This document shows, in pieces, positions 20,082 to 30,137 of a stretch of DNA of 64,000 bases. The position numbers and the translations under genes were made by a program. The stretch spans positions 960,001 through 1,024,000 of the forward strand of contig OY969934.1 of the NCBI GenBank assembly GCA_963704725.1. Reading direction: 5' to 3'. Each line of letters opens with the position of its first letter. Within the stretch, counting starts at the first letter, position 1. The stretch comes from an uncultured Actinomycetes bacterium (lineage in GTDB: Bacteria; Actinomycetota; UBA4738; HRBIN12). The notes beneath the pieces are model-generated. The model was not told where the DNA came from. It worked only from the letters and a program-made list of their open reading frames with translations, and searched no databases.

Positions 20082-21030
20082 AGCCATCCGGACGCCACGA
20101 CGCGCCGTCGCGCTGGGGGTGCTGGCCGCGCTCCTTGCGAGCTGCGTGTCCTCCGACGCCGCCACGAGGACGAGTGGACCGACGACGTCCGTGCGCTCGG
20201 CGACCGGAACGACCGGGTCCCCGTCGCCCTCGCCATCGCCGTCTCCCGGGCCGGACGACGGGCTGCCCGACCCCGATCAGGAGGTGCCGCTCGGCGGGGC
20301 GGCGCTCGCCCGCGCCCTGCGGGCGACCTTCTCCGCCAACCGCGAGGCGATCGAGCGCTGGGTCGGGCAGGGCGATCCGTCGTCGTGGCCGCCGCCCGAC
20401 GACGCCGTGCTGCTGACGCTGTACGAGCAGCGCATCTACCGCGTCCTCGCGGCGCACGCCAAGCTCGCGGAACGCGTGCTCGCTCGCCTGGAGGGCCCGG
20501 CGGCGAGGGAGGCCACCGCGAACGTCGTCGCCGGGCACGCGCTGTTCGAGCACTCCGTGCCGGTGCAGGAGGTGCCGGACTTCCGGATCCGCCGGCCCGA
20601 GCCGGCCGCGGCGCTGCTCGGGTACTTCCGCGAGGCCGAGACGCGCTTCGGCGTCGACTGGGAGCTGCTCGCGGCGATCATGCTGGTCGAGACGCGGATG
20701 GGCCGCATCCACTCGCGGAGCTCGGCGGGCGCCCAGGGTCCCATGCAGTTCCTCCCGTCGACGTGGGAGGCGTACGGGATGGGGGGCGACGTCCACGACG
20801 CGCACGATGCGGTCCTCGGCGCCGCGAACTACCTGCACGCGAGCGGCGCGCCCGCCGACGACCACGCCGCCCTGTACGCCTACAACCCGGTGCACGCCTA
20901 CGTGACCGCGGTGTCCCGGTACGCCGCGGTGATGTCCCGCTCGCCCGACGCCTACTACGCGTACTACGACTGGCAGGTGTTCGTGCGGACGGTCGACGGC
21001 GACATCCGCCTCTCCGGGCCCGGCCTGTAG
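20074..21030 (+). CDS. Lytic transglycosylase (SLT) domain lipoprotein
   Basis: Lipobox LASC; VETRMG, SSAGAQGPMQF, AANYL, AYN. Confidence 0.88.
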   Translation: MGEAIRTPRRAVALGVLAALLASCVSSDAATRTSGPTTSVRSATGTTGSPSPSPSPSPGPDDGLPDPDQEVPLGGAALARALRATFSANREAIERWVGQGDPSSWPPPDDAVLLTLYEQRIYRVLAAHAKLAERVLARLEGPAAREATANVVAGHALFEHSVPVQEVPDFRIRRPEPAAALLGYFREAETRFGVDWELLAAIMLVETRMGRIHSRSSAGAQGPMQFLPSTWEAYGMGGDVHDAHDAVLGAANYLHASGAPADDHAALYAYNPVHAYVTAVSRYAAVMSRSPDAYYAYYDWQVFVRTVDGDIRLSGPGL

Positions 21031-21058
21031 CGGACCCGAGCGGTACAGTCGCGGCACG

Positions 21059-22570
21059 GTGACGTCGGCCACCAGGACCCGCGCCCTCGCGCTCGGCGCG
21101 TCCATCGCCTCCTTCCTGTTCGTCGCGGTGGTTGCCGCCTCGCCCGGATCCCCCTTCACGCCGGTCCTGCCGGAGGGCGGTCGCGCCGGGGGACCGTTCC
21201 GATGGCTGGCCGGGGTCGTCGGGTTCGACGCCGTCCACGGCAACGCGCTCGCCGCCGTGGGCGTCCTGGCCGTCGCGCTGGCGGCGGCCTCGTTCCTCCT
21301 CGTCCTGCGGGCGGCGTGGCACGGAGCGGTCTCGCCGCGAACCGTGGTGGTGCTCGCGGTCGCGTACCACGCCGCGCTGCTCCTTCTGCCCCTGCTGTTC
21401 TCGCGGGACGTCTACTCGTACGCCGCGTACGGCCGGATCGCCGCACACCACTCGGCCAACCCGTACGTCGCGACGCCGGCCGACTATCCCGGCGACGCGA
21501 TCGCGCGGTTCGTGGGCCCGAAGTGGTTCGACACGCCGGCCGTGTACGGACCGCTGTGGACGCAGATCTCGGCGCTCGTCGTCCGCGTCGCGAGCGGCGT
21601 GGCCTCCTCCGTCGTGGTCTTCCGCGCGATCGCCGTCGCGGCGAGCCTCGGGACGATCGCCGTCGTGTCCCGGCTCGTCCGGCGGGAGCGGCCCGCCCGC
21701 GAGGCGTTCGCGATCGCGATCATCGGGCTGAATCCGCTCGTGCTGTTCCAGAGCGTGGCCAGCGGCCACAACGACCTGCTGGTGGCGCTGGCGGTCGCGG
21801 CGGCCCTGGCGCTGGTCTTCGCCCGGCGTCACCTGCTGGCCACCGCGGCGCTGACGCTCGGCGCGTTGATCAAGGTCACCGCGGCCGTCCCGCTGGCGCT
21901 CCTGGTGGTGGCGGTGGTCGCCTCCCGGCCGAGGGGGACGCGTGGGCGCGAACTCGCCAAGCACGTCGGTGTCGCCGGCGGTCTCGGGCTGCTCGCCGCG
22001 GGCCCGTTCCTGAACACGCGGGATCCCTCGCTCGGCATGTTCGAGCTCGCCGGCCACGAGGGATGGCTCGCGCCGTCGCGGTTCTTCCGCCGGGCGTTCG
22101 ACGCGCTCTCGGGGGGAGCGCTCGGCTTCGTCCCGCGGATCGTGCTCCCGGCCCTCCTGCTCGGCGCGCTCCTGCTCGTCGCCCGGGACCTCGTCCGGCG
22201 CGCGCCGGCCGGGCCGGCCGAGATCGGGGCCGCGTGGGGCTGGGGCCTGTCGTGCCTGATGCTGCTCGGGCCGGTGCTGCTGCCCTGGTACGTGACGTGG
22301 ACGCTGCCCGTGGCCTGGCTGCTGCCGCGAACGCCGCGCGCCGTCCTGCTCGGATCCGGCCTCGCCCTCACGGTCTCCCAGTGGACGACCGAGCCGGGGG
22401 GGTTCGCGAGCGCGTACGACGCGAACCTGTTCCTCGGCCACTACGTCCTGACGCCGGTGGTGATCGCGCTGCTGGGCTGGCTACTCGTCGACCTGTGGCG
22501 ACGGTCTCGCGACGGCGCGTCGCTCCAGGATGCGCCACACGAGGTAGCCGCCACCGCCGGCGAGGCCTGA
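21059..22570 (+). CDS. GT-C glycosyltransferase (MptB/GT87-like mannosyltransferase)
   Basis: FSRDVYSY, VYGPLW, GHND; multi-TM. Confidence 0.8.
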   Translation: MTSATRTRALALGASIASFLFVAVVAASPGSPFTPVLPEGGRAGGPFRWLAGVVGFDAVHGNALAAVGVLAVALAAASFLLVLRAAWHGAVSPRTVVVLAVAYHAALLLLPLLFSRDVYSYAAYGRIAAHHSANPYVATPADYPGDAIARFVGPKWFDTPAVYGPLWTQISALVVRVASGVASSVVVFRAIAVAASLGTIAVVSRLVRRERPAREAFAIAIIGLNPLVLFQSVASGHNDLLVALAVAAALALVFARRHLLATAALTLGALIKVTAAVPLALLVVAVVASRPRGTRGRELAKHVGVAGGLGLLAAGPFLNTRDPSLGMFELAGHEGWLAPSRFFRRAFDALSGGALGFVPRIVLPALLLGALLLVARDLVRRAPAGPAEIGAAWGWGLSCLMLLGPVLLPWYVTWTLPVAWLLPRTPRAVLLGSGLALTVSQWTTEPGGFASAYDANLFLGHYVLTPVVIALLGWLLVDLWRRSRDGASLQDAPHEVAATAGEA

Positions 22571-24259
22571 GACCGCCCACGCGCCGGCTCCGGAGTCGAT
22601 CCGGATCCCCACCCGGTCGAGCGCCACCGCCCCGAGCACCAAGGCGGCCGCTCCGACCGCGGGGGCGAGCGCCCCGGCGGTGAGGGAGTCGGGCGTCGCG
22701 GTCCTGGCCCAGCCGAACCCCACCGCGAACAGCCACGCCAGCGCCAGGACGCTCGACAGGGCGATGCCGGCCGGCGAGGCAGGCTCGAGGGGGTCCACGG
22801 GCCGCGACGCCGGGACGTCGGAGGCACCGATCGCGTCGGCGCCGCCGACGGCCTCGTCGACCGGATCGAACGGCGCCAGGATGAACACCTGCGCGGGGCG
22901 GCCGGAGGTGCGCTCGGCCGCCGCCACGTCCCTCGCCGTGAGCCGGCCGAGGGCGCGGCGCTCCGGCTTGGCGCCGTCGGTCGCCGGCGGGACGAGGACG
23001 ATCACGTCGCGGATCCGATCGGGGGGAACGCTCGCGCGGATCACGTTGCCTGCCCGGGTGGCCAGGAACCCCAGCGGGTCGTCTCGGTCGTTGACGAGGA
23101 ACGCGAGCGGCACGCCGTGGTCGAGGCGCGCCGCCGCGGCGTTCGCGACCGTCGCGGCTCGGACCTCGGCGACGGACAGGAACGGTTCCTGGCGGTTCCA
23201 GGCGATGAAGGCGCCGGCGAGCATGGCCGCCGTGACGGCGCCGACCGCGGCGACGGCCACCGCCCGCCGCGCGGACCGGCCGGCCGTCACCCGGACGAGC
23301 CCCACCCCGGCCAGGATCGGGACGACGAAGCCGAACGTCACAAACCGGTCGGCGGGGAACCACCCCGTGGCCAGGCCGACCGCCACCCCGCCCGCGGTCG
23401 CGAGCGCCCACACGCCGAGGAAGCGACCGAGGAACCCCTCGAGGCGGCCGACCCCGAACGCGGCGAGCGGCACCGAGGCCCACTGCACATAGCGTGCCCA
23501 GCGGTGCACGAACCGGTCGGCGTACAGGGCGCGGAGGTCGCCGCCGAGACCCGCCCGGCGCAGGAACGCGTCGCGCGAGGTGTCGGCCCGGGCGGGCGGG
23601 GGCCCGGCCAGCAGCCACAGGAACCCCACGCCGGCGATCGCCGCCCCGCCGAGCACCGCGCCGCCGACCCGGACCGCCTCACGGCGATCGCGCCGCCAGG
23701 CGGTCGCGGCGGTGAGCCCAAGGACGGCAAGCCCGAGCAGGAAGAACAGGGGGTGGGCGAGCCCGCCCGCCGCCAGGCAGCCCGCGGCGATCCAGGCGCC
23801 CCGCCGCCGCCCCTCGGCCAGCGCCGCCGCGGCTGCGAGGAAGGCCGCCGCGTCGATCAGGTTGGCCACGTAGCCGGCCGCGAGGTGCACGGCGAAGGTC
23901 CCGGCGAGCCCACCGGCCAGGAGCCACTCGGCCCGGTTCCTCCGCCCCCGCACCAGCGCGGCCGAGGCGAGCCCGATCGCGACGCCGAGCGCGACCTCCA
24001 ACGCCGCCACCGCCTGGACAACGCTCCGGCCGAGCGCCCCCTGCACCACGAGCGCCAGGGCCGGCGCCCCCGCGCGGCGCCCCACCGCCGACAGGCCCTC
24101 CTCACCGGCCAGGCGCGTCCACCACAGGTACACCGGCGCGTCGGGCCCGAGCGGGAAGCGGAGCCCGTGCGCGAGGAACGGCCACAGGAACCAGGCGAGC
24201 AGGACCGCGGCGAGCGCGAGGAGGAGGGCTCCCTCGATCCGCGACCGGGGCGCGTCGAT
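22481..24259 (-). CDS. Multi-TM membrane protein, probable GT-C-fold glycosyltransferase; start uncertain
   Basis: Frame is open from 24265; a TM helix and LGPDAPVYLWW lie upstream of the first GTG (24133). Confidence 0.55.
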   Translation of the reverse strand: MDAPRSRIEGALLLALAAVLLAWFLWPFLAHGLRFPLGPDAPVYLWWTRLAGEEGLSAVGRRAGAPALALVVQGALGRSVVQAVAALEVALGVAIGLASAALVRGRRNRAEWLLAGGLAGTFAVHLAAGYVANLIDAAAFLAAAAALAEGRRRGAWIAAGCLAAGGLAHPLFFLLGLAVLGLTAATAWRRDRREAVRVGGAVLGGAAIAGVGFLWLLAGPPPARADTSRDAFLRRAGLGGDLRALYADRFVHRWARYVQWASVPLAAFGVGRLEGFLGRFLGVWALATAGGVAVGLATGWFPADRFVTFGFVVPILAGVGLVRVTAGRSARRAVAVAAVGAVTAAMLAGAFIAWNRQEPFLSVAEVRAATVANAAAARLDHGVPLAFLVNDRDDPLGFLATRAGNVIRASVPPDRIRDVIVLVPPATDGAKPERRALGRLTARDVAAAERTSGRPAQVFILAPFDPVDEAVGGADAIGASDVPASRPVDPLEPASPAGIALSSVLALAWLFAVGFGWARTATPDSLTAGALAPAVGAAALVLGAVALDRVGIRIDSGAGAWAVSGLAGGGGYLVWRILERRAVARPSPQVDE

Positions 24260-24265
24260 CGCCGG

Positions 24266-24847
24266 CTACCCCGCGGCCTCGAACGACACGGTGGCGGCGA
24301 CGGCGACGCCCTGATCGCTCGTCAGCTCGTCGCACCGCACGGACCCGGCGAGTTCGCCCGGCCGCGCGACGTCGATCGTGACGGCGCACTCCCCGTCCAT
24401 CGACAGGAAGGTCAGGATCCGGCCGCCGGCCTGCGCCGTCAGCGAGATCGTCAGCGTCGGCGACGTCGTCCGCGTGCCGGTGAAGCTCTGGCCGCCGATC
24501 CCGAGCGTGCTCGCGTCCGCGCCGCCGGCCGTCCAGACCATGGCGAGCCCGCCGGGGGGCGGCGTGTACACGGCCGTGACGAGCACCGGCAGCGTCTTGC
24601 GCGTCTGGATCCCGCCCGAGAGCTCGAACTCGGCCAGGCCACCGGACAGGTCGCCCGTGCCCGCCCCCGGCGAGGACGTCGGGAGGGGACTCGCGGAGCC
24701 CGTCGTGCCGGTCGGCCCGGTGAGCGGCGACGTCGTTCCCGACGGGAACGCCGAGGTCGGGCCGCGCGGCGGCGCCTCGTCCGAGCTCGCACACGCGGAG
24801 AGCAGGACGATCGCGACGAGGGAGAGCGGAAGGCGACGCGTCTTCAC
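24266..24847 (-). CDS. Lipoprotein of unknown function
   Basis: GGAGG RBS, lipobox LSAC, P/T/S-rich linker. Confidence 0.75.
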   Translation of the reverse strand: MKTRRLPLSLVAIVLLSACASSDEAPPRGPTSAFPSGTTSPLTGPTGTTGSASPLPTSSPGAGTGDLSGGLAEFELSGGIQTRKTLPVLVTAVYTPPPGGLAMVWTAGGADASTLGIGGQSFTGTRTTSPTLTISLTAQAGGRILTFLSMDGECAVTIDVARPGELAGSVRCDELTSDQGVAVAATVSFEAAG

Positions 24848-24947
24848 CAAGGGTCCTCCGGGCGCGGCGAACGTATCACGGGCTCGCGGCGTCACCGGGC
24901 ACAAGGCGGATCGGTCGCATCGGCACGCACTGCTAGCATCGGCGCGC

Positions 24948-26333
24948 ATGCTCGACCGCGATCTCGCCACGGAGGTCCTGCGCGCCGCCCGGAAGCGAGG
25001 CGGAGCGTTCGCGGAGCTGTACGTCGAGGAGCGCGTGGGCTTCTCCGTCCGGCTGGACGACGGGAAGGTCGAGGAGCTCACCAGCGGCATCGACCGGGGC
25101 GCCGGCGTCCGCGTCGGTCACGGGACGTCCTTCGGATACGCGTACTCCAACCGGCTGGACCGCGACTCGCTGCTGCAGGCGGCCGAGGCGGCCGCCGCAT
25201 CGGTCATCGAGGACGGAACGGGCTCCGTCACCGATCTGCGCTCGCTCGAGCCGCCCGTCGTCCACGAGGCCGTCCGGGAGGCCGCGTCGGCCGGGCCCGG
25301 CGACAAGGTGGCGTGGGTGCGGGAGGCCGACGCCGCCGCGCGCGCCATCAGCCCCGAGGTTCGCCAGGTCACGGCCGTCTACGCGGATTCGTTGCAGCGC
25401 ATGGTGGTGGCGACGTCGGACGGGCGGTGGGTGGAGGAGGTGCGCCCCAGGATCCGGCTCGTGGTGAACGTGGTCGCGGCGCGCGACGGCGCCATTCAGA
25501 CGGGGTTCCACGGACCGGCCGGTCTGGCCGGCCTCGAGTTCCTCGACGCCAACCCGCCGGCGGCCACCGCCGAGGTCGCGGCGCGGCGAGCCGTCACCAT
25601 GCTCGACGCGCAGCCCGCGCCGGCCGGCCAGATGGCGGCGGTCCTCGCGCCCGGCATGGGCGGCGTGTTGTTCCACGAGGCGGTGGGTCATCCGCTCGAG
25701 GCCGACATCGTGGACAAGGAGGCCAGCGTGTACCGGGGGCGGATCGGGGAGCGGCTCGCCTCGGACATCCTGAGCGGCGTGGACGACGCGACGGTCCCCA
25801 ACGCGTGGGGCTCCTTCTCCTTCGACGACGAGGGCGCGCCCGCGCAGCGGACGGTGCTGTTCGAGGACGGCGTGCTCCGAGGCTGGCTCTACGATCGCCT
25901 GCGCGCCGAGAAGGATGCCGTGGCGTCGAGCGGCAACGGCCGGCGACAGTCGTACGCGCATCCGCCGATCCCTCGGATGACCAACACGTACATCCTGAAC
26001 GGCGCGTCCCGGCCCGACGAGCTGCTCTCGTCCACGGAGCGAGGCATCTACGTGACCTCCCTGGCGGGCGGCCAGACCAACCCCGCCACCGGCGACTTCG
26101 TGTTCGGGTGCTCCGAGGCCTTCCTGATCGAGGCCGGCAGGGTCACGACCCCGCTGCGGGGGGCCAACCTCATCGGGCGGGCCATCGAGGTGATGTCGAG
26201 CGTCGACGGGATCGCCGACGACTTCGACATCTGGCCGGGCGTCTGCGGCAAGGAGGGCCAGAGCGTGCCCGTCGGGAGCGGCTCGCCCACCTTGCGGATC
26301 TCGAAGATCACGATCGGAGGGACGAGTGCCTGA
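24948..26333 (+). CDS. tldD: TldD metalloprotease
   Basis: FHEAVGH, PRMTNT, CGKEGQSVPV. Confidence 0.93.
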   Translation: MLDRDLATEVLRAARKRGGAFAELYVEERVGFSVRLDDGKVEELTSGIDRGAGVRVGHGTSFGYAYSNRLDRDSLLQAAEAAAASVIEDGTGSVTDLRSLEPPVVHEAVREAASAGPGDKVAWVREADAAARAISPEVRQVTAVYADSLQRMVVATSDGRWVEEVRPRIRLVVNVVAARDGAIQTGFHGPAGLAGLEFLDANPPAATAEVAARRAVTMLDAQPAPAGQMAAVLAPGMGGVLFHEAVGHPLEADIVDKEASVYRGRIGERLASDILSGVDDATVPNAWGSFSFDDEGAPAQRTVLFEDGVLRGWLYDRLRAEKDAVASSGNGRRQSYAHPPIPRMTNTYILNGASRPDELLSSTERGIYVTSLAGGQTNPATGDFVFGCSEAFLIEAGRVTTPLRGANLIGRAIEVMSSVDGIADDFDIWPGVCGKEGQSVPVGSGSPTLRISKITIGGTSA

Positions 26334-27663
26334 CCTGCAGGCCCTCGTCGACGCCGCGATCGGCGCGGCGGGCGAGGGGGAGGAGGTGGAGGCCTACGCG
26401 GAGGAGTCGCGGCGCACCGAGGTCGAGGCGCGACGGGGCGAGATCGAGGGGCTCACGTCCGCCGAGAGCCGGGGGCTCGGCGTTCGGGTGATCTCCGGCG
26501 GCCGGCTCGGCTTCGCGTACGCGGCCGACCCGTCGCCCGACGAGGTCCGCCAGACCGTCCTTCGCGCCCGCGAGAACGCGGCGCTCGCCTCGGCGGACGA
26601 GCACAACGTGCTCCCCGCGGCCGAGCCCTTCGAGCCGATCGAGGGCGTGTACTTCGAGGAGCAGGCATCCATGGCGCCGGAGGCGAAGGTCGATCTGGCA
26701 CTCGGCCTGGAGCGCGTGGCGACGTCCACCGATCCGCGCGTCACGAAGATCGAGGCCTGCTCCTTCGGCGACGCCGTGGGCCGCGTCTGGGTGGCCTCGA
26801 CGTCCGGCGTCTCGGCCGGGTTCGAGCGGACGGGCTGCTGGTGCGTCGCCGTCACGCTCGCCGAGCAGGACGGCGACACGCAGACGGGGTTCTCGTTCCA
26901 GGTGGCGCACCGGGTCGCCGACCTCGATCCCGACGGCGTGGCTCGCGAGGCGGCCGAGCGTGCGGCCAGGATGCTCGGCGCGACGAAACCGCCCACACAA
27001 CGCGTCCCGGTCCTTCTCGACCCGTTCGCCGCCTCGTCGTTCCTCGGCGTGCTCGCCGGCGCGCTCTCGGCGGAGGCGGTCCAGAAGGGCCGGTCGTTGT
27101 TCGCGGACCTGGTGGGGGAGCGCGTCGGCGCGGAGGCGTTCACGCTCGTCGACGACGGCCGGCTCCTGCAGGGCCCGTCGGCCTCTCCCTTCGACGACGA
27201 GGGCTTCCCGACGGGTCGGACCGAGCTGATCACCGGCGGCGTGCTGAACGGGTTCCTCCACAACACGTACACGGCCCGGCGCGGAGCCACGCGCTCGACG
27301 GGCAACGCCAGCCGCGCGGGTTACCGATCGACGCCGGGCGTGGGAACGTCGAACTTCTACGTCGAGCCGGGCGAACGCCCCGTGCCCGACCTGCTCCGTG
27401 CCGCCGAGGGCGGGATCCTGATCCAGGACGTCTCCGGCGTGCACTCGGGCGCGAACCCCATCAGCGGCGAGTTCTCCGTGGGCGCGACGGGGTTGCGGAT
27501 CTCGGGCGGCGCGGTGAGCGAGCCCGTGCGCGAGATGACGGTCGCCAGCACCGTCCCCGAGATGCTCCGCGGGATCACGGCCGTGGGCGACGACCTACGC
27601 TTCTTCTCCTCCGTCGGCACCCCGAGCATCCTCATCGGCGAGATGACCGTCGCCGGCGTCTGA
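26326..27663 (+). CDS. pmbA: PmbA/TldE protein
   Basis: PFDDEG, STGNA, GEFSVG; lacks HExxH; follows tldD. Confidence 0.88.
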   Translation: MPDLQALVDAAIGAAGEGEEVEAYAEESRRTEVEARRGEIEGLTSAESRGLGVRVISGGRLGFAYAADPSPDEVRQTVLRARENAALASADEHNVLPAAEPFEPIEGVYFEEQASMAPEAKVDLALGLERVATSTDPRVTKIEACSFGDAVGRVWVASTSGVSAGFERTGCWCVAVTLAEQDGDTQTGFSFQVAHRVADLDPDGVAREAAERAARMLGATKPPTQRVPVLLDPFAASSFLGVLAGALSAEAVQKGRSLFADLVGERVGAEAFTLVDDGRLLQGPSASPFDDEGFPTGRTELITGGVLNGFLHNTYTARRGATRSTGNASRAGYRSTPGVGTSNFYVEPGERPVPDLLRAAEGGILIQDVSGVHSGANPISGEFSVGATGLRISGGAVSEPVREMTVASTVPEMLRGITAVGDDLRFFSSVGTPSILIGEMTVAGV

Positions 27664-28325
27664 TGCCCGGCCGAGCCGATCGGGTCGAGGTCTACCTCGA
27701 AGCCGGAACCAAGCGCACGTTCGCCGGATCGATCGATTGGCCGGGGTGGTGTCGGGGCGGCCGGGACGAGGAGGCCGCCCTCGACGCGCTGATCGGCGCC
27801 GCCAAGAGGTACGCGCGTGCCCTCCGGGGCACGCGGCTCGGATTCGTGTCGCCGGCCGATCCGTCCCGGCTCGAGGTCGTCGAGCGGCTGACCGGCGACG
27901 CCTCGACGGACTTCGGTGTGCCGGGCGCCGTACCGTCCGCCGACTCGCGTCCCGTGGACGAGACCGAGCTGCGCCGGCTCGGGTCCGTCCTGCGAGCATC
28001 GTGGCGAGCCCTGGACGCCGCGGCCGAGGCGGCCGTGGGAAGGACGCTCGCGACGGGACCGCGGGGGGGCGGCAGGAGCCTGCCGAGGATCCTGGAGCAC
28101 GTCTCGAGCTCCGAGCCCGGCTACGTCGCGATGCTCGGCCGCAAGCTCGACGCGGGGGACGATCCCCGCCGGGCCGTGCTGGACGCGCTCGAGACGGCCG
28201 TTCGCGACGGGGTTCCGCCGGCCGGACCGCGCGGGGGAAAGCGATGGACCCCGCGCTCCTTCGTCCGCCGAGAGGCCTGGCACGTGCTCGATCACGCCTG
28301 GGAGATCGAGGACCGCTCGGCCTGA
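27663..28325 (+). CDS. Conserved hypothetical protein with a DinB-like C-terminus
   Basis: ATG overlaps the pmbA stop; DWPGWCR and WHVLDHAWEIEDR. Confidence 0.7.
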   Translation: MPGRADRVEVYLEAGTKRTFAGSIDWPGWCRGGRDEEAALDALIGAAKRYARALRGTRLGFVSPADPSRLEVVERLTGDASTDFGVPGAVPSADSRPVDETELRRLGSVLRASWRALDAAAEAAVGRTLATGPRGGGRSLPRILEHVSSSEPGYVAMLGRKLDAGDDPRRAVLDALETAVRDGVPPAGPRGGKRWTPRSFVRREAWHVLDHAWEIEDRSA

Positions 28326-28331
28326 TCCGGC

Positions 28332-29174
28332 TCAGATCGTGCCGGGGCGCGTCCCCGTCGCGATCACGACGAAGCACACCGCCGCGGCCGCGAGCCGATA
28401 CCACAGGAACATCGAGAAGTCCCGGCGCCGCAGGTACGAGAGCAGGAACGCGATCACCGCGAAACCCGAGACGGCCGAGGCGACGACGCCGGCGGCGAAC
28501 GCCCCGCCCATGCCGGCGGGGATCCCGTCCCGGGCCAGGCTGATGCCCTTGTAGAGCCCGGCCCCGGCGATGATGGGCAGGGCCAGGAGGAAGGAGAAGC
28601 GGGCGGCGGCCGGCCGGTCGAACCCCATGGCGCGCGCCGCCGTGATCGTGACGCCCGAACGCGACACGCCGGGCTGGAGCGCGACCGCCTGGGCCACACC
28701 GAGCCACCATCCGTTGCGGACCGAGAGATCCTCCAGATGCCGCCGGGTCGACGCGGCGCGGTCGACGAGGTACAGGACCACGCCGAACGCGGCGAGCATC
28801 GTCGCGATGAGCCAGGGCTGCCCCAGCTTGTCCTCGATCACGCTCTGGAAGGCCGCGCCGAGCACGACGCCCGGGACCGTGCCGAGGACGATGGCCCAGG
28901 CCAGGCGCTCGTCCACGTCGCGGACGGCCCGCGCGCGGATCGAGCGAACCCACGCCGCCAAGTATCGGGCCACGTCGCTGCGGAAGTAGACGAGCGCGCC
29001 GGCCAGCGTTCCGATGTGCAGGGCGACATCGAAGGTCTTGTTCAGGGCAGGGTCGTTCAGGATCGACCAGTGGAACAGCCACGGCACGAGGATCAGATGG
29101 CCGGAGCTCGACACCGGGGCGAACTCGGTCACGCCCTGCGTGATGCCGAGCACGATCGCCTGGAAGATGCTCAG
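28332..29174 (-). CDS. uppP: Undecaprenyl-diphosphate phosphatase
   Basis: QGVTEFAPVSSSGH and PGVSRSG; probable CTG start at 29174 after GAAGGGAG. Confidence 0.92.
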   Translation of the reverse strand: MSIFQAIVLGITQGVTEFAPVSSSGHLILVPWLFHWSILNDPALNKTFDVALHIGTLAGALVYFRSDVARYLAAWVRSIRARAVRDVDERLAWAIVLGTVPGVVLGAAFQSVIEDKLGQPWLIATMLAAFGVVLYLVDRAASTRRHLEDLSVRNGWWLGVAQAVALQPGVSRSGVTITAARAMGFDRPAAARFSFLLALPIIAGAGLYKGISLARDGIPAGMGGAFAAGVVASAVSGFAVIAFLLSYLRRRDFSMFLWYRLAAAAVCFVVIATGTRPGTI

Positions 29175-29242
29175 GGGGAGGCTCCCTTCGGTCGGGAAAC
29201 GGCGGCAATCCTAGCGGGCGTTCCTGGGAGCAGCCTGGGGAG

Positions 29243-29911
29243 TCATCCCTCCGACGAAGGGACGATGGAGACGGCGAGGTCCGCGAAGGCCGCGGCGTAG
29301 GCGAGCTCCTCCGCGATCTGCGGTCCGACGAGGAGCACGAGCGACGGCCCGGCGGCCCCCGACGCCGAGAGCGCCCCCTCCTGCGCCCGGACCACGGTCA
29401 GCACCTCGAGGTCGCTCGCGACGGTGTCCGTGTACGGGCGCGGCCCGCCGAACGTGGCCAGCACGTCGACGCGGTCCCCGGGCCTGACCGTTCCCGCGGC
29501 GGAGGCGACGCGGATGGCGAAGGCCCGAAGGCCCGCCGGGACGAGCGAGGCCACGGGTCCGCCCGAGGTCCCGACGCGCGTCCGGGTGACCGTCTCTCCC
29601 TCCGCAAGGTCGGAGACGAGGGTCCGGCCGGCGAGCGCGTGGGGCGAGGCGATCCGGCCCGGCGGGGCGAACGCGGCCGGGACGAGCCGGACGCGGAGGT
29701 CGTCCTCGGCGAGGGCGTCGCCCCGTTCCAGCGTGCGCGCCGCGACCACGACGGGAACGGGGTCGCCGGCGACCGGTCGAAGAGCGTCCAGCCGCGCCGC
29801 GTATCCGTCGACGAGCAGGAAGGCCGCCGCGCCGCTCAGGACGGCCAGGACCGCGAACGCCTTCGACCGATGAGCCCATCTCCGGGCGAACGGACCTCGC
29901 GCGAGCAGCAC
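29243..29911 (-). CDS. cpaB: Flp pilus assembly protein CpaB-like (SAF plus RcpC)
   Basis: VVVAARTLERGD, GLRAFAI, PGDRVDVL. Confidence 0.8.
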   Translation of the reverse strand: MLLARGPFARRWAHRSKAFAVLAVLSGAAAFLLVDGYAARLDALRPVAGDPVPVVVAARTLERGDALAEDDLRVRLVPAAFAPPGRIASPHALAGRTLVSDLAEGETVTRTRVGTSGGPVASLVPAGLRAFAIRVASAAGTVRPGDRVDVLATFGGPRPYTDTVASDLEVLTVVRAQEGALSASGAAGPSLVLLVGPQIAEELAYAAAFADLAVSIVPSSEG

Positions 29912-29956
29912 GGCCGGGACGTTACCGGCGAGCGGCTCTCCGCGCTGTGAACGGGA

Positions 29957-30136
29957 TCACAGCGCGCGCGGCTTCTTCGGCGGGGTCAGCGGCAGCTCGC
30001 GCACGCGGAAGTCCTCGAGGTTGTCGCGCCCCACGATCATCGCCACGGACTCCCGCACCCGGTCGGCGAGCTGCCCGGTGTCGTCCTCCGCGCGGAACCG
30101 GATCTCGATCGTCACGAGGACGGGTTCGCGCGCCAC
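29957..30136 (-). CDS. 59-aa small protein, absent from the ORF track
   Basis: MAREPVLVTIEIRFRAEDDTGQLADRVRESVAMIVGRDNLEDFRVRELPLTPPKKPRAL; GTG 1 nt after the mtnP stop; strong GC3 bias. Confidence 0.7.
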   Translation of the reverse strand: MAREPVLVTIEIRFRAEDDTGQLADRVRESVAMIVGRDNLEDFRVRELPLTPPKKPRAL

Positions 30137-30137
30137 G

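Noticed and set aside
22481-22570. 90-bp convergent overlap of two membrane-protein genes
   Set aside because: 3' overlaps are common in high-GC genomes
23117-26491. Very long alternative-frame and antisense ORFs (e.g. 1124 aa at 23117-26491, 770 aa at 51601-53913, 799 aa at 648-3047)
   Set aside because: Arg/Pro/Gly-rich shadow frames of real genes, expected in very high-GC DNA
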